Notes under the pieces: model-generated | Seen by the model: the letters and a program-made list of their open reading frames with translations, nothing else | What the model was told of the DNA's origin: nothing | Databases searched by the model: none | Shown here: in pieces, positions 24,629-36,912 of the stretch | Layout: each line of letters starts with the position of its first letter | Position numbering within the stretch: the stretch's first letter is position 1 | Translations under genes and position numbers: made by a program | Assembly: GCF_003918875.1 (NCBI RefSeq) | Contig: NW_025767002.1 | Coordinates: 3,410,001 to 3,474,000 of the forward strand | Origin: Haliotis rubra | Lineage: Eukaryota | Direction of reading: 5' to 3' | Length of the DNA: 64,000 nt

Positions 24629-27600
24629 TTATACACGGCTGTTTTGGTTCAACCTTGTCCGAACTTGCAGAAGCCGTTGTCTTACTTCTGTTAAGTCGCT
24701 GCGCTGTTGGAGGAGAAGTTTCACCCTCTGAAATATGATCAATAAATTCATGTGTTAATTATATGTCATTTAATTATGATGAAAAACATACCTATATCAC
24801 CTAACACTTTTTAACCCGTCATAGCCTCCAACATAGTATTCGCTTCAGGACCTGTTACATGAAAGTATCCGTCATACTTTCCATCATTGTACCCACATCG
24901 TACCCGCCCAAGTACCCGCTGTGACCGTTACAGTCACGATGCCGGTCATGAACTGACTACAATCATGAATTGGGTTTTATGTTGCTTTTTGCAATATTCC
25001 AGCAATATCATGGCGGGGGACCCCAGAAATGTGCTTCACGCATCGTACCCATGGGGGGATTCGAACCCGGGTTTTCTGCTTTTACCATTAGGCTACCCCA
25101 CCGCTCCATAATATCATGGAAGGAACAGTCGCTTAACACTGCTATGTCATCATCAAATCAAGGTCCAGGACATACTATGGTAACTGCATGAACGCCAAGA
25201 ATAATTTCTTGCTTGTATAATATTCAGCCATCGTCAAACAAGGGTGGATACTTTCTTTTGTTCGTAAGTTTATTTCCCGTCACAGTACCCGCTTTTGATA
25301 GTGATACACCGTTCCTCATACTATGTAGATAATATCCGTTGTCACTTCCGGTTAGGGTCTGTGCCTGCCATAATACCAGTTTAGTACGCGTCAAAGTACA
25401 GGTTGTAGCACTCACATTATAACCCGTTAAAGTAACTATAGTCTGTTTGCAGTGAAGACGTACCGATGAATTTCACTTTAAACAAAAAAGTAAAGCAAAT
25501 AATGTGAAATTAAGATTGCGACACCCTCGTAATTTTACCTTGCCAATTGCACTTTGAATCTCAGAATTTTATTCATCTTAGGAAAAAAGTTGTTTAACAA
25601 ACGATCATAGATTCAAATCGATATTATTGGTTTGTATTACAAGGGGGTACGCGCAGAAGTTGGAACACTGAAACAAATGCACGTGCGGTACGTGATGAGC
25701 GTTAACTTAGACCAGCCCTACTTGTTCTCGGTGTTTCATTTAATGTGCATACACCCTTGTAATACAAACCAAAAATAATGATTTGAAACCACGATCGTTT
25801 GTTAAACAACTTTTATCCTAAGTTTAATAAAATTCTGATATATTTTAAATGTTCAGTTGGCAAGATAAAATTATGAGGATTCGCAATCTTAATTTCACTT
25901 TTTTCGATTTACTTTCTTGTTTAAAGTGAAATTCATCGGTACGTTTTCACTGCAAACAGACTATAGATTTCGCAGACACAGCTTTTTGAGGGGGTGAGGT
26001 GGGGGCTACACAGTACATATGGTCACTTAATAGGGGTGGGTGGGGTGCGCACCCCTGCATCCCCCGTCTGGATCTGTTTATGAGTCCCCACTAAAATATT
26101 TCACTAAAATTTCATACTACCAACCTGTTCCAAGTCCTTCAGGTTCTGTAGTCGCTTGTCTCGGCATTTCTTTGCCGCCTTCCTGTTTTGTACACGTCTC
26201 CGAACCAGTGCGTCGTCACAGTGATCGGCGGCCTGTAGTATATAAAACAAGCATGATTTGAAACAACGGGTTTAACGTCTCGTTCAAGATGTTTCATTCA
26301 GAAAGCGGCGTACATTTGTACTCGTCGGGATTTTATAGTCTGTACTATGCAGGTTTGGTAGTACTAGCCACCATGCCACAACTCAACATTAATACACACT
26401 CATTGAGTGAGTATAGTTTTACGCCTCTTTTAGCAATATTCTAGCAATATCACGGCGGGGGACACCAGAAATGGGCTTCATACATTGTATCCATGTGGGG
26501 AATCGAACCCGGGTCTTCAGCGTAACGAGCAGACGCTTTAGCCATTAGGCAACCCCACCCCGATACCCACCCAGGCATACTATATTGACTCCGAGCCGAC
26601 CAGTAGGCTACTTGATTTATTCTCTCAATGCCGAGCACCAGGCAGGGAAAAAACTGGTACCATCATTTAACGCTTTTAGCGTTCGGCAGGGGCAGCCTGG
26701 TGGTCAAAGCGTTCTCTCGTCACACCGAAGACCTGGGTTCGATTTCCCACATGGTTACACTATGTGGAGCCTATTTCTGGTGTTCCCTGCTTAGATATTA
26801 CTGGAATATTGATAAAAGCTGCGTAAAACCATATTCACTCACTTTTGGCTTTTCGCGTTCAGGGACTCGAACAACCGACTGAGGCTCCACGGACGGACAC
26901 TCTATCTACTCGACAACGGAGGTGGTGGTCTGAGATGAGTTTGTTCCTGAATGTTACATAAAAGTATAATTTTATGCATGTACCTGATGGCTTTTGTCCT
27001 CCGACCTCCCCTCCTCTGTTGCCATGGTTACATGGCTGAGGGTTCCAATTGACTTCTGGAGTAAGGGCGTTTCAGTACCACCACGTATCGAGCTCCTTTG
27101 GATGTCTTTGTTGGTATCTTCGAAATGACCGTCCGTTGAATGACCAGGACCCTTCAGATATGCGATGAGGTCATTGTAGGCCCTTTGTGTGATGTGGTCA
27201 TTGCATGAAGGAGTGCAGTGCCCAGCACTTCCGGTCCCCTCTGCAGAAAATGGACCCGTTTTGGCAAAGTCCAAACTGACCTCGTGACGACCTATCCCGA
27301 TTGCCAAAACATTAATCTCTGCATCCTTAGCAAACGTTTGACTGCTGCAGGAACCGGTGCCTTGTACTTGGTATTGTTCATCTTCTGATGAGGGATACAG
27401 AGCTTCCATTGCTTCAGAACGTTGTTGCAGTGATGGAGATACTCCTTTCTTTACCACCATGGTGTCAGTATTTACCAATTCCTGCAACACTGACCGAGGT
27501 ACCTCATCATAGATCACATTCATAACATCATCAAGCAACCCAGATACATCAGGGCTGACGTCATTGTCCATCAGGATGGTGTGAAGGTTCTGTGACGTCA

Positions 27601-28029
27601 GACAAGATTCATCGCCTGCTTGTTGGGGGTCACTATTCAGGCTGACCTGTTGAAAATAGACACGCTGGTCTTGGAGTTCTAATGTTCAAGAAGGATTTAG
27701 TATTTGCCACAAAATACTTTCAAAGTTTATTGAAACAACTTGCTCATTTTGTAGGCCAGATATGATATCATAAATGATGATAAACATAATAGAAATACGA
27801 TTATTTCCGGTACACTTTCCTATATATTCATATTAAAATTACAATTTAAATATATTGAATAAAAACAACTTATTTTTGTTCTAACTTCAATCAACGAAAT
27901 TTCCATTTTCAGCCCAAAGAAGGTGTCGTGTACGTACCAACATCTGAATATAGACCAGTTCAAAATTACAATTTAAATACGAAACACAACTGTAATCTTA
28001 CTTACAACTGTTCTCTTGGTAGTCATCAT
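24629..28029 (-). CDS. bZIP gene copy 3, Fos/ATF3-like transcription factor, 4 coding exons, about 297 aa
   Basis: Exons 28029-28006 (MMTTKRTV|gtaagt; least certain), 27646-26984 (VSLNSDPQ...EDKSHQ|gtacat), 26232-26125 (108 nt, AADHCDDALVRRRVQNRKAAKKCRDKRLQNLKDLEQ|gttggt), 24727-24629 (RVKLLLQQRSDLTEVRQRLLQVRTRLNQNSRV*). Confidence 0.87.
24970..25107 (-). mobile_element. SINE family A (internally deleted) in intron 3 of copy 3
   Basis: Family consensus on the minus strand. Confidence 0.8.
25436..25966. mobile_element. Fold-back MITE with about 215-bp imperfect terminal inverted repeats, in intron 3 of copy 3
   Basis: CTATAGTCTGTTTGCAGTGAAGACGTACCGATGAATTTCACTTTAAAC... and ...GTTTAAAGTGAAATTCATCGGTACGTTTTCACTGCAAACAGACTATAG. 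Confidence 0.9.
26403..26843. mobile_element. Two SINE family A copies in opposite orientation (26403-26560 minus; 26688-26843 plus) in intron 2 of copy 3
   Basis: Family consensus on both strands about 130 bp apart. Confidence 0.85.
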
Positions 28030-28829
28030 TGAAGGCAGAAATCGATTTACCTTATTGTTAAATGTATTGCTTAAGATCTCAACAGAAATCACTTTCATGA
28101 AACCGAATTCCTTATCGAGTATTTAACAAATTGAGAGATGAGTAATCGAGCTTTTCAAGCTTATGTTATACGGCGGGGCTTGTTTGAGCGCGCTTTTGTA
28201 TTAATGTTTGTGCATGGCGTGTTTCCCGATTTAGAAACATGAGTGATATGAACGGGTGATATCTTTGTAGGATTGCGAATGATGATCGTCGTATATCACA
28301 TGTCTACATTATTCATCTTCCGCCATCGGCATTTGATTAAGACTATGTCCTGAATTGGGAACAGCTGACCACAATGACCAGATAACCGGGACAGGTTACC
28401 ATCAGTTTGAATATTGTTTGGGGCGATGGGGTAGCCCATTGGTTAAAGCGTTCACTCGTTCACAAGAACCCAGGTTCGATTCCCCGTTTGGGGAAGTTAA
28501 AATAAACAAAACAGCAAAATTAATTAAATAAACCAAAAACAAGAAACAACCACCCCAAATTGATGCAAATACAAGTCATTATGAAAAACAATAACGATAT
28601 TACAACAACCATAAGATAGTGTAAATTGGAGAAATCCCTGGAATCTAAACACTTCTGAAGAAGAAGTGAATGAGAGTTTAGTTTTACTCCGCTTTAAGCA
28701 ATATTCCAAGCAAGACTATCTGTAGCCGATGGTTGTCGTGACTCAGTCATGAGTGAGTGAGTTTAGTTTTACGCCGCACTCAGCAATATTCCAACTGAAT
28801 GGTGGCGGCCTGTAATACTCATGTCTATG

Positions 28830-30490
28830 CAGAGGTCTAGCAAGCTTGTCACGTACTAGTTTTAATGTATTACTTACAACAGCGTTCGTGAGTGAGTAGA
28901 TCGGTGGTTGAGTGGTTGAGTGAGTAATTGAATATAGTTTTACGGCGCTTTTATCACTATCCCAGCCACCATGTCGTGAGAAACGTCGCAAATGTCTTAG
29001 ACCATAGTACCCAGTTTTAATAATAACAGCTTTTTTAACAAGATTTTCTGGAATCAGAACTGAAATGCGTTGAAAGATTGATACATTGACATCGTCAGTT
29101 TGCACTCTCTTATGTTATGTACGGATAGTAAATAACTATCATAAAAAATATTCAATTCAAGACAGCTTACGTCACCATAGATCATGATGTATCAGTATTT
29201 AGAGTTGGTACAACTGTGTCAATGTGACGTTAAGTGTCCTTGTTATTCATCCATCACGGGATTCACATGCTTAATTATGTAAACGGTGTTTACGTATGAC
29301 CTTTATTAACCAGTAATGTGTGGGTGTGCGGAAATATATGCACCTGACAATGCATGTTATGTTCGTAAACATTGCTAAACAAATCATGACATCATTATGA
29401 GGTCGTTTCGCTGACCATTTTTCTGAATAAAAGTAAATAATTGAAATTGACATAACTCTAGGACAGTATGAAACATTATAAAGAAATTATATGTCAAATA
29501 TAATACAGCTATAGGAGGAGAAATCCGTCTAATCTAAAGATGCCGGAAGTAGAAAACAGTCGAGATTTAGCATGAATATTACTGTAACACAACACTGACT
29601 CACTCACTTAGGATGTATTTTTCGTTATAATAACTTTTTCAGACTCCGTTTCGAAACGCGTTTAATGAAATGAGGAAAACATTTATGCAGAGTATTGGCA
29701 AGCTTGTCACGTACTGGTTTAAGAGTATTCCTTACAACAGTGTTCGTGAGTGAGAAGATAGTTGAAGTGAATACTGCCATAACCGAACAATGATTTACTG
29801 ACTCATTTAGCATCTGTTAAGTTAGTTATCATATTTATTTTAATCAGTCTCCGTTTCGAAATGTGTTTAATGAAATGAGGAAAAATTCTATCCAGAGTAT
29901 TGACAAGCTCGTCACGTACTAGTTTTAATGTGCCACCATATAGCTGGAATATTGCTGAGTGCGGCGTAAAACTAAACTCACTCACTCACTAGAGTAGATG
30001 TGTGAGTGAGTGTTTGAGTGAGTAATTGAATATAGTTTTACGGCGCTTTTTTCAATATTTCAGCCACAATATAGCGAGGAACACCGCAACTTTCTGAGAT
30101 CTCGTTCCACATTTGAGGAGGCGTTTTAATCATAAAACTGGAAATACAATATTCTCTTTAACATGAATTTCTGTAATCTGAAATGAAATGCATTGAAAGA
30201 TTGACACACTGATATAATGATTTATACGTCTCTTACGCTAAAGTACGGATAGTATAGAGCTGTCTTAAAAACTATTTGATTCAAGACAGCTTACGTCACC
30301 TTAGATCGTGATGTAGTGGTATTTAGAGTTGACACTGTACAACTGTGTCAATGTAACGTTTAGTGTCTGTGTCATTCACCCAGAACGGGATTCACGTGTG
30401 CTTATGTAAATGATGTTGACGTGTGTTCCTTTTTCACCAGCAAACTGGGTCGCATGTTGGTGTGTCGAGCGGAAATATGCACCTTAAAAA
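28830..30490. repeat. Diverged non-coding tandem duplication upstream of copy 3 (about 28.9-29.35 kb versus 30.0-30.49 kb)
   Basis: Shared collinear blocks GTACGGATAGTA, TTCAAGACAGCTTACGTCACC, GTACAACTGTGTCAATGT, GGGATTCAC, TTATGTAAA, GCGGAAATAT. Confidence 0.85.
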
Positions 30491-30714
30491 ACATAACATT
30501 CTCGTAAAGAAATCATTTCATCATACTTATGACGTGGTTTTGTTGATAATATATCTTAGAACGTGAACATGGAGAATTAGAGCAGGATCCGATTTCCAGA
30601 CCGGCACAAGTCTTATGGTAAAAATTAATAGTTTAAAATATAAATATCCCTCTAGCAGACTGCCGTGGTCATTTTCTACTGTCCGCTTATCTAGATTTGC
30701 CTCCTTGAAGGATA

Positions 30715-30878
30715 GGGGCGGTTAGGTAGCCTAGTGGTTAAAGCGTTCGCTCGTCACGCCGAAGACCCGGGTTCGATTCCCCACATGGGTACAATGTGTG
30801 AAACCCATTTCTGGCGTCCCTCGTGATATTGCTGAAATATTGCTAAAAGCGTCGTAAAACTAAACACACTCACTCACT
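30715..30878 (+). mobile_element. SINE family A, full length, with target-site duplication
   Basis: TTGAAGGATA flanks both ends. Confidence 0.92.
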
Positions 30879-32239
30879 TTGAAGGATACCAATAGCACTG
30901 ACCAGGTGGTTTGACACATATTGTTTTACTAAAAACTATTTTCACAAAATTACAGGGAAGAAAAAACCCCATTCATTTCCCATGTTCTGTTAAAGGTATC
31001 ACACTAAATATCATCTACTTATGTCATGTCCACGAAACTCGTACAGATTCGGATTAGAATTGGTCTCAGCAACCCGTGATATCGTAAGAGGCGACTCCCA
31101 CAAAGTATTCGACAGACTGTGTGCAGCACGCGAATCTACAACATGCGTTGGAGGATATAAACTGTCGTTTATTGCACTGGCACGTGCTCTCCGTGGAAAT
31201 AATGTGACATGTTTTGAAATATTTCCTGCTTCAAAGGGCCAGGAGAAACAATTACGAGTATTTCCGGTCTCAGCAGCAATTCTTTTCGACACGCCACTTC
31301 TCACACATGCACTACGGGTTTTTCGCAGTTTTCTGTTTGAATGTTAAACTTACATGACTTTTTTCAGCGAGTTGGTGTGGCATTTGACTTCAAACTGCCA
31401 TTATCTGCGCAGTGACACATTCGTCACACGTAATATTACAAATGAGGGGCCAATACAGCTTTTTAAGGTGTGTGCATAAATTTCTATAATTGTCAGAGAC
31501 AGAGTAACTATTTCGAAATCTGATTACGAATGAGGTAATATTAACTAAACAGAAAATAATTTATTTATTTTTTGGTTTGTTTGTTTGTTTATTTATTTAC
31601 CCCTCAGGCACATTTGGATTCCCCACCCCCACCCCGACATAGTTTGATACCCCCCTCAGAATTAGTTGGATAGCCACCTGGGAAACGGTTGGGTACCCCA
31701 GTATCGTACAGTTGAATACCCCACTCAGACATAGTTGGATATACCCCTACTCAGAGACCCTAACACAGACACGCGCACGCACGCACGCACATACGCTGAT
31801 ATTATGAGCAACAGTTTATGGCGTCTAGATAGATAGCACATAATGAACGAAGTCGAAGTCACACAATACACAATAGCGTGTTCAGGATATATTCGTACCG
31901 TATCTCGACCGCGGAATTTAGTGGTCGGTTGTACTTTGTGAACAGGTCAGAGCGTACATGAAGGGTACATGTAGGGTGTAGTGTAACTAGCCCGAGGTAG
32001 AGGCATGGAGCTTGTTTACAAGCCTCATGATGTGTCGCATAAATATACCCGGTGTACGTGCATGAAATATGATGAAACGTGTGTATAAAAATAGCCTTGC
32101 ACCCCTTTTGCTCCAAAACGGTAGTAACACACAGACACAAATAGACACACACACACACACACACACACACAGATGGAAAGATAGATCTCAGAAGACCTCT
32201 ACTGTTACTCGAACAGCAAAATTGAGACAAACGTACCTA

Positions 32240-32440
32240 CGTAAGTTCGGCAACCCATGCTTGTGGTGAGAGGCGACTATCAGGATCGGGTGGTCAGAGT
32301 CACTGACTTGGTTGACACAAGTCAAAAAGCGTAGATCGATGCTCATGCTGTTGATCATTGGATTGTCTGGTCCAGAATCGATTATATACAGACCGCCTCC
32401 ATACAGCTGGAATATTGCTGAGGGAGGCGTTAAACAACTG
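32240..32440 (+). mobile_element. SINE family B copy
   Basis: AACCCATGCTTG...GAGGCGACTA...GGATTGTCTGGTCCAG...GCTGGAATATTGCTGAG. Confidence 0.8.
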
Positions 32441-32491
32441 TCTTTAAGGCAGACCTGGTCTCGTCGCTGTATGGCTGGAATAATGTCGATG

Positions 32492-32533
<42 letters not shown>

Positions 32534-33298
32534 CTCATTCCCTTTAACATAGTGGCCAAATAAGTCGAAGTGATGGTTTTTGTTTTGCTTCAGTCTATGA
32601 AAAGCACAGAAACATATCGTGTGGATGTTCTCGTCATAATTGAGGGATACTGATAGCAATAGAATAATCACTCACCCGACGAAACAGATTCCATTTGACG
32701 TAAAAGGCAGCTTTGTAAAAATATATGAATTGATCTCTGAAACATTGGTGACAACTGGTTTCTGTGAAATGTGTGCCTGTTGTCTGCGGTATGTATACAC
32801 ATGAAACAAAGTATCGCAACACCCCTTATTTTTTCACAGTATCAATATGCTACCATTAACCATAGCAAATAAACTTATCCAAACCTCCTCAATTTAAATA
32901 GCTATATGGATAAATTGATACTCAAGGAAAAATTAAATGGCAATGTTAGACGCTGAAAGAACGAAAAACTTAAGCGTGTTTAGAGAAGCACATTTTGTAG
33001 TGCTGATAACTATGACTTTTTGCATAAAATCCTCAAGAAATCACATAATTATCAACAACCGATGATGTCAATATCTGGTGTAATCGCCGCCAACAGCAAT
33101 AACAGTCATGACCCTCTTCATTGAGACGTTAAATTCGACGTTGAGGTATTGCTTTCAATTCTTGACAGTTAGCTTGTTCCAATATAATTAAGGATCCCTG
33201 GTCTATTCACAATTGTGTCTGATCGTCTCAAGGTCAAGTTTACATTCATGTGAGAGGCACCCCACGCCATCAATAAATCCAAACGGTACATGTTCCAA

Positions 33299-33930
33299 GG
33301 GGCAGTGGGGTAGCTAAACGGTTAAAGCGTTCGCTCGTCACGCCGAAGACCTGGGTTGGATTCCCCACATGACTACAACGTATGAAGCCTATCTCTGGTG
33401 TCCCCCGCTGTAATATTGCTGGAATGCTGCTTAAAGCGGCTAAAAACCAAACTCACTCACTCACTACTTGCTCTAAGGTATCCCGTTCTCCAAATGCAGT
33501 ATTTCTGCAGCGCCAAACACGACTCGCTGTGCGTGCGTGCGTGCGTGCGTGCGTTCCTATAGCCTATTAATCAAGGCGGAGTGGAACCAAACTCAGACAC
33601 AGTAAACCCCAAACCGACCAGCCCATGTTTTACCTCCCTTAATGCAGTAAGCCATCTTTAACAGTACAACTTTAACCATATTTTGTATGACTCAGCCAGG
33701 ATCGAACACCTGACCTTTACTCTGCAGGTAGACACTTTACCCACTACACCACGTTGGTGATCTTAATGTGAAGAGGGGGCGGTGGGTTAGCCTTTGGTTA
33801 AAGCGTTCGCCCGTCACACCGAAGACACGTTCGATTCCCTACATGGGTACAAAATGTGAAGCCCATTTCTGGTGTCCCCCGCCAAGATATTGCTGGAATA
33901 TTGCTAAAAGTGGCTCACTCACTCACTCAC
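33299..33930 (+). mobile_element. Two SINE family A copies (33299-33465 and 33776-33930)
   Basis: Family consensus with (ACTC)n tails. Confidence 0.85.
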
Positions 33931-34204
33931 ATGAAGACGTTAGGACTATATAATTACAACCTTCTATGTGCTTTGCAGATCGAACGATCGATATAAATGT
34001 CAAGCATGGAACAGCAATTATAGACGCTAATTAAAGGTCTGAATCTTTTCATGAAAAGCTCAAGTTGATTTGTTTTGCAAGCTCGTGATTTATTGCCTTG
34101 TTGTCTCAAATCTCGGATATGTTGCTGTTGGATGACCGCGACTTCACGTGATCAAGGACGTTGTGATACTGTATTTGTTGATCCTCACGTGGATTTGTTT
34201 ATAA

Positions 34205-34503
34205 ACAAACCATTGCATCATGTCTCATGTAGGAAATTTCCACAAAGGTGTGATCCAGTTTACACGTGGTATACAATGACATGTATGAAGCCTATTTCTG
34301 GTGTCCCCCGCTGTAATATTGCTGGAATGCTGCTTAAAGCGGCTAAAAACCAAACTCACTCACTCACTACTTGCTCTAAGGTATCCCGTTCTCCAAATGC
34401 AGTATTTCTGCAGCGCCAACAAACAAACCATTGCATCATGTCTCGTGTAGGAAATTTCCACAAAGGTGTGATCCAGTTTACACGTGGTTTACAATGACAT
34501 GTT
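34205..34503. repeat. About 79-bp direct repeat flanking an inserted copy of 33381-33516
   Basis: 34205-34283 matches 34423-34503; 34284-34419 is nearly identical to 33381-33516. Confidence 0.9.
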
Positions 34504-34788
34504 TGCCCTAAATGGATATATCAGTTGATCTTTGAATTCGATTCTGTTTCCAACTGTTTGTGTGAAGCCAAACAGTGGTTATGTTTCACAAATGAAAATA
34601 TCGCCACTTTTAATTTTTTCATGGCCCATGTAAAAATGTTATCCTGAACTCTTAATGTGTCATCGTGGAAATTTTTAGGGTGGTAGTTTTAGCAAAAGGT
34701 CACTGTTACCTAACAAATAGCTTGGGTTAAAGTTAGGTAAACATGTTATACCAACACATTGTGTCTGTGTGAAGTCATGGTCAACACG

Positions 34789-34953
34789 AGCCGTGGGGTA
34801 GCCTAGTGGTTAAAGCGTTCGCTTGTCACGCCGAAGACCCGGGTTCGATTCCCCACATGGGTACATTGTGTGAAGCCCATTTCTGGTGCCCCCCGCCGTG
34901 ATATTGCTGGAATATTGTTAAAAGCGGCGTAAAACTGAACTCACTCACTCACT
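34789..34953 (+). mobile_element. SINE family A, full length, with 14-bp target-site duplication
   Basis: TCATGGTCAACACG at 34775-34788 and 34953-34966. Confidence 0.92.
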
Positions 34954-36912
34954 CATGGTCAACACGTACATGTTCAAATACACGAAATGAAATAGGGTGG
35001 ATCCTATTTTCAAATGCAGACGGGGGTAGTTTAAGGTCAAGTTGCCACGGTCATCGTGTGGAAAATTCTTCTTCAGGATACCTTTGTTCCCCGATAAAGT
35101 ATTTTTTTCCTACAAGGAAGTAATTAATATGAAGGCTTCACTTTATTACGATGGATATCTAAAACCAGTGAGTGAGTTTAGTTTTACGCCGCTTATATCA
35201 ATATTCCAGCCATATCACGGCGCGGGATCCCAGGGCTTCACACCTTTACCTGTGAAGGGAATCGTACCTGGATCTTCGGCGTGATGAGCCAACGCTGTAA
35301 CCACTAGACTCCGCCCCTCTCCCTAACACACACACACACACAAAAGAATGGCATAAAATCAGGCCACTTGTTTCGCACGCTTTTGTCTTGTGTTCATGTT
35401 GTTTAACGCCGCACACACGGTGGGGTAGCCTCAGTGGTTAAAGCGTTGGCTCGTCACGCCGAAAATCAGGCCACTTCCCCACATGGGCACAATGTGTTAA
35501 GCCCATTTCTGGTGTCTTGCTTGAATATTGCTAAAAGCTGCGTAAAACTAAACTCAGTCTGTCAGTCAGTTTAACGCCGCACTCAGCAATATACCAGCTA
35601 CCCCAGTGCCCCATCTAACAACAGGAAAGACTATAGAAACTGAAGGACAAGAGTATACATACTGTATATTGTTTAATTCCGTTGATGTATTTTCGGCGTA
35701 TGTTTGTTTGCCAAGTAGAAATATAGTTTTGGGCTGAATTCAATTTAAGCTGTCAATTTAAAATGACAAACCACATATTTTACAGTTGGTGAAATCTGTT
35801 TATTATTTGGGCATAAATGTTAATTCAACAAATTGAGTAATTCTTTTTTATATCATACGTACATGTACTTAAAAAATCACAAATTTTGGTATATATACAA
35901 AGGTTTTCCTATATAAATCATGTATATCTGCCTGGTGATCGATATAGAACAAGATATAAATGGAACACATAAATGAAAAAGATATAAACAGTAACACCCA
36001 CTGTAGTTGCAGCCACGACACCAGGTGTTCGTACAACGTCATGAGTGGACGTGTTCGTTGTTCAACACCACACTCGGCAATATCCAAGTTGCATGACGTC
36101 ATTCTGTAAACAATCGAGTCTGGACCACACAATCAAGTGATTAATATCATGAGCATTGGTCCATTATTGGAATACGTTGCCATATCAACGAGTCTGACAC
36201 TTGTGGTGGACTTAGCAACAAATCTTTAGAGTTTAGACTAAATTGATTGATTTCAATGGATGTTTCCAAGCCTTTTTCTAGTATTTGAACCTGAGCAATT
36301 CTTTGGCCGAAGTGATGTTTTAGATTATGTACGAAAGACTTGTTTAACATTCATTTTAAGGCATGGAAGGAAATTAGATGAATAATTCGATTTTCATTAA
36401 AAGCGTCGGCCTTGTTCACTCATTTAATAAATATGTATCGATTGATCGTGTCAGGTAACAAACTTGCAAGTTAGAGGAAAAAGGAGATTGCAAGATAGAT
36501 TTCCAGCTTCGAATAACTGCCAAAATAGATTTCATTGGGTGTTGAAAGTAAAATAAGGGTAGAAATAATATGAATGGAACACTGAAGATCAGTGATGACA
36601 CCGGGTGTTCAGGAACACGTTAGGTATGTCATGCCCTACCGGTAGCAACTCTTTGACCTTTGTAAACAAAGGATTAACTAGACAAATTCCTAGTTAGGAA
36701 TTCAAATGTCACATAATATTTCCGACAGCGGGGTTTGAGATCAAATGTCTTAACCACCAAATGGCTTTTTCGAAAACTGACCGCAACCGTACCATGTTGA
36801 CGTGATGACGATTCAGTGACGGTGTCTTTCGTGACGACACGTCACTGGTTGTGGCTTTCGTCCCTCGGAGGACCATCAGCCTACTTGAGCTAATTATAAT
36901 TATTATAATTAT

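Noticed and set aside
30715-30790. tRNA genes (A-box and B-box motifs, GGTTCGATTCCC)
   Set aside because: These are heads of SINE family A: each continues into the SINE body and tail, several with target-site duplications
32666-32700. Possible extra first exon (ATG GAA TCT GTT TCG TCG G|gtgagt, minus strand)
   Set aside because: Phase 1 donor is incompatible with the phase-0 second exon of copy 3, and there is no other support
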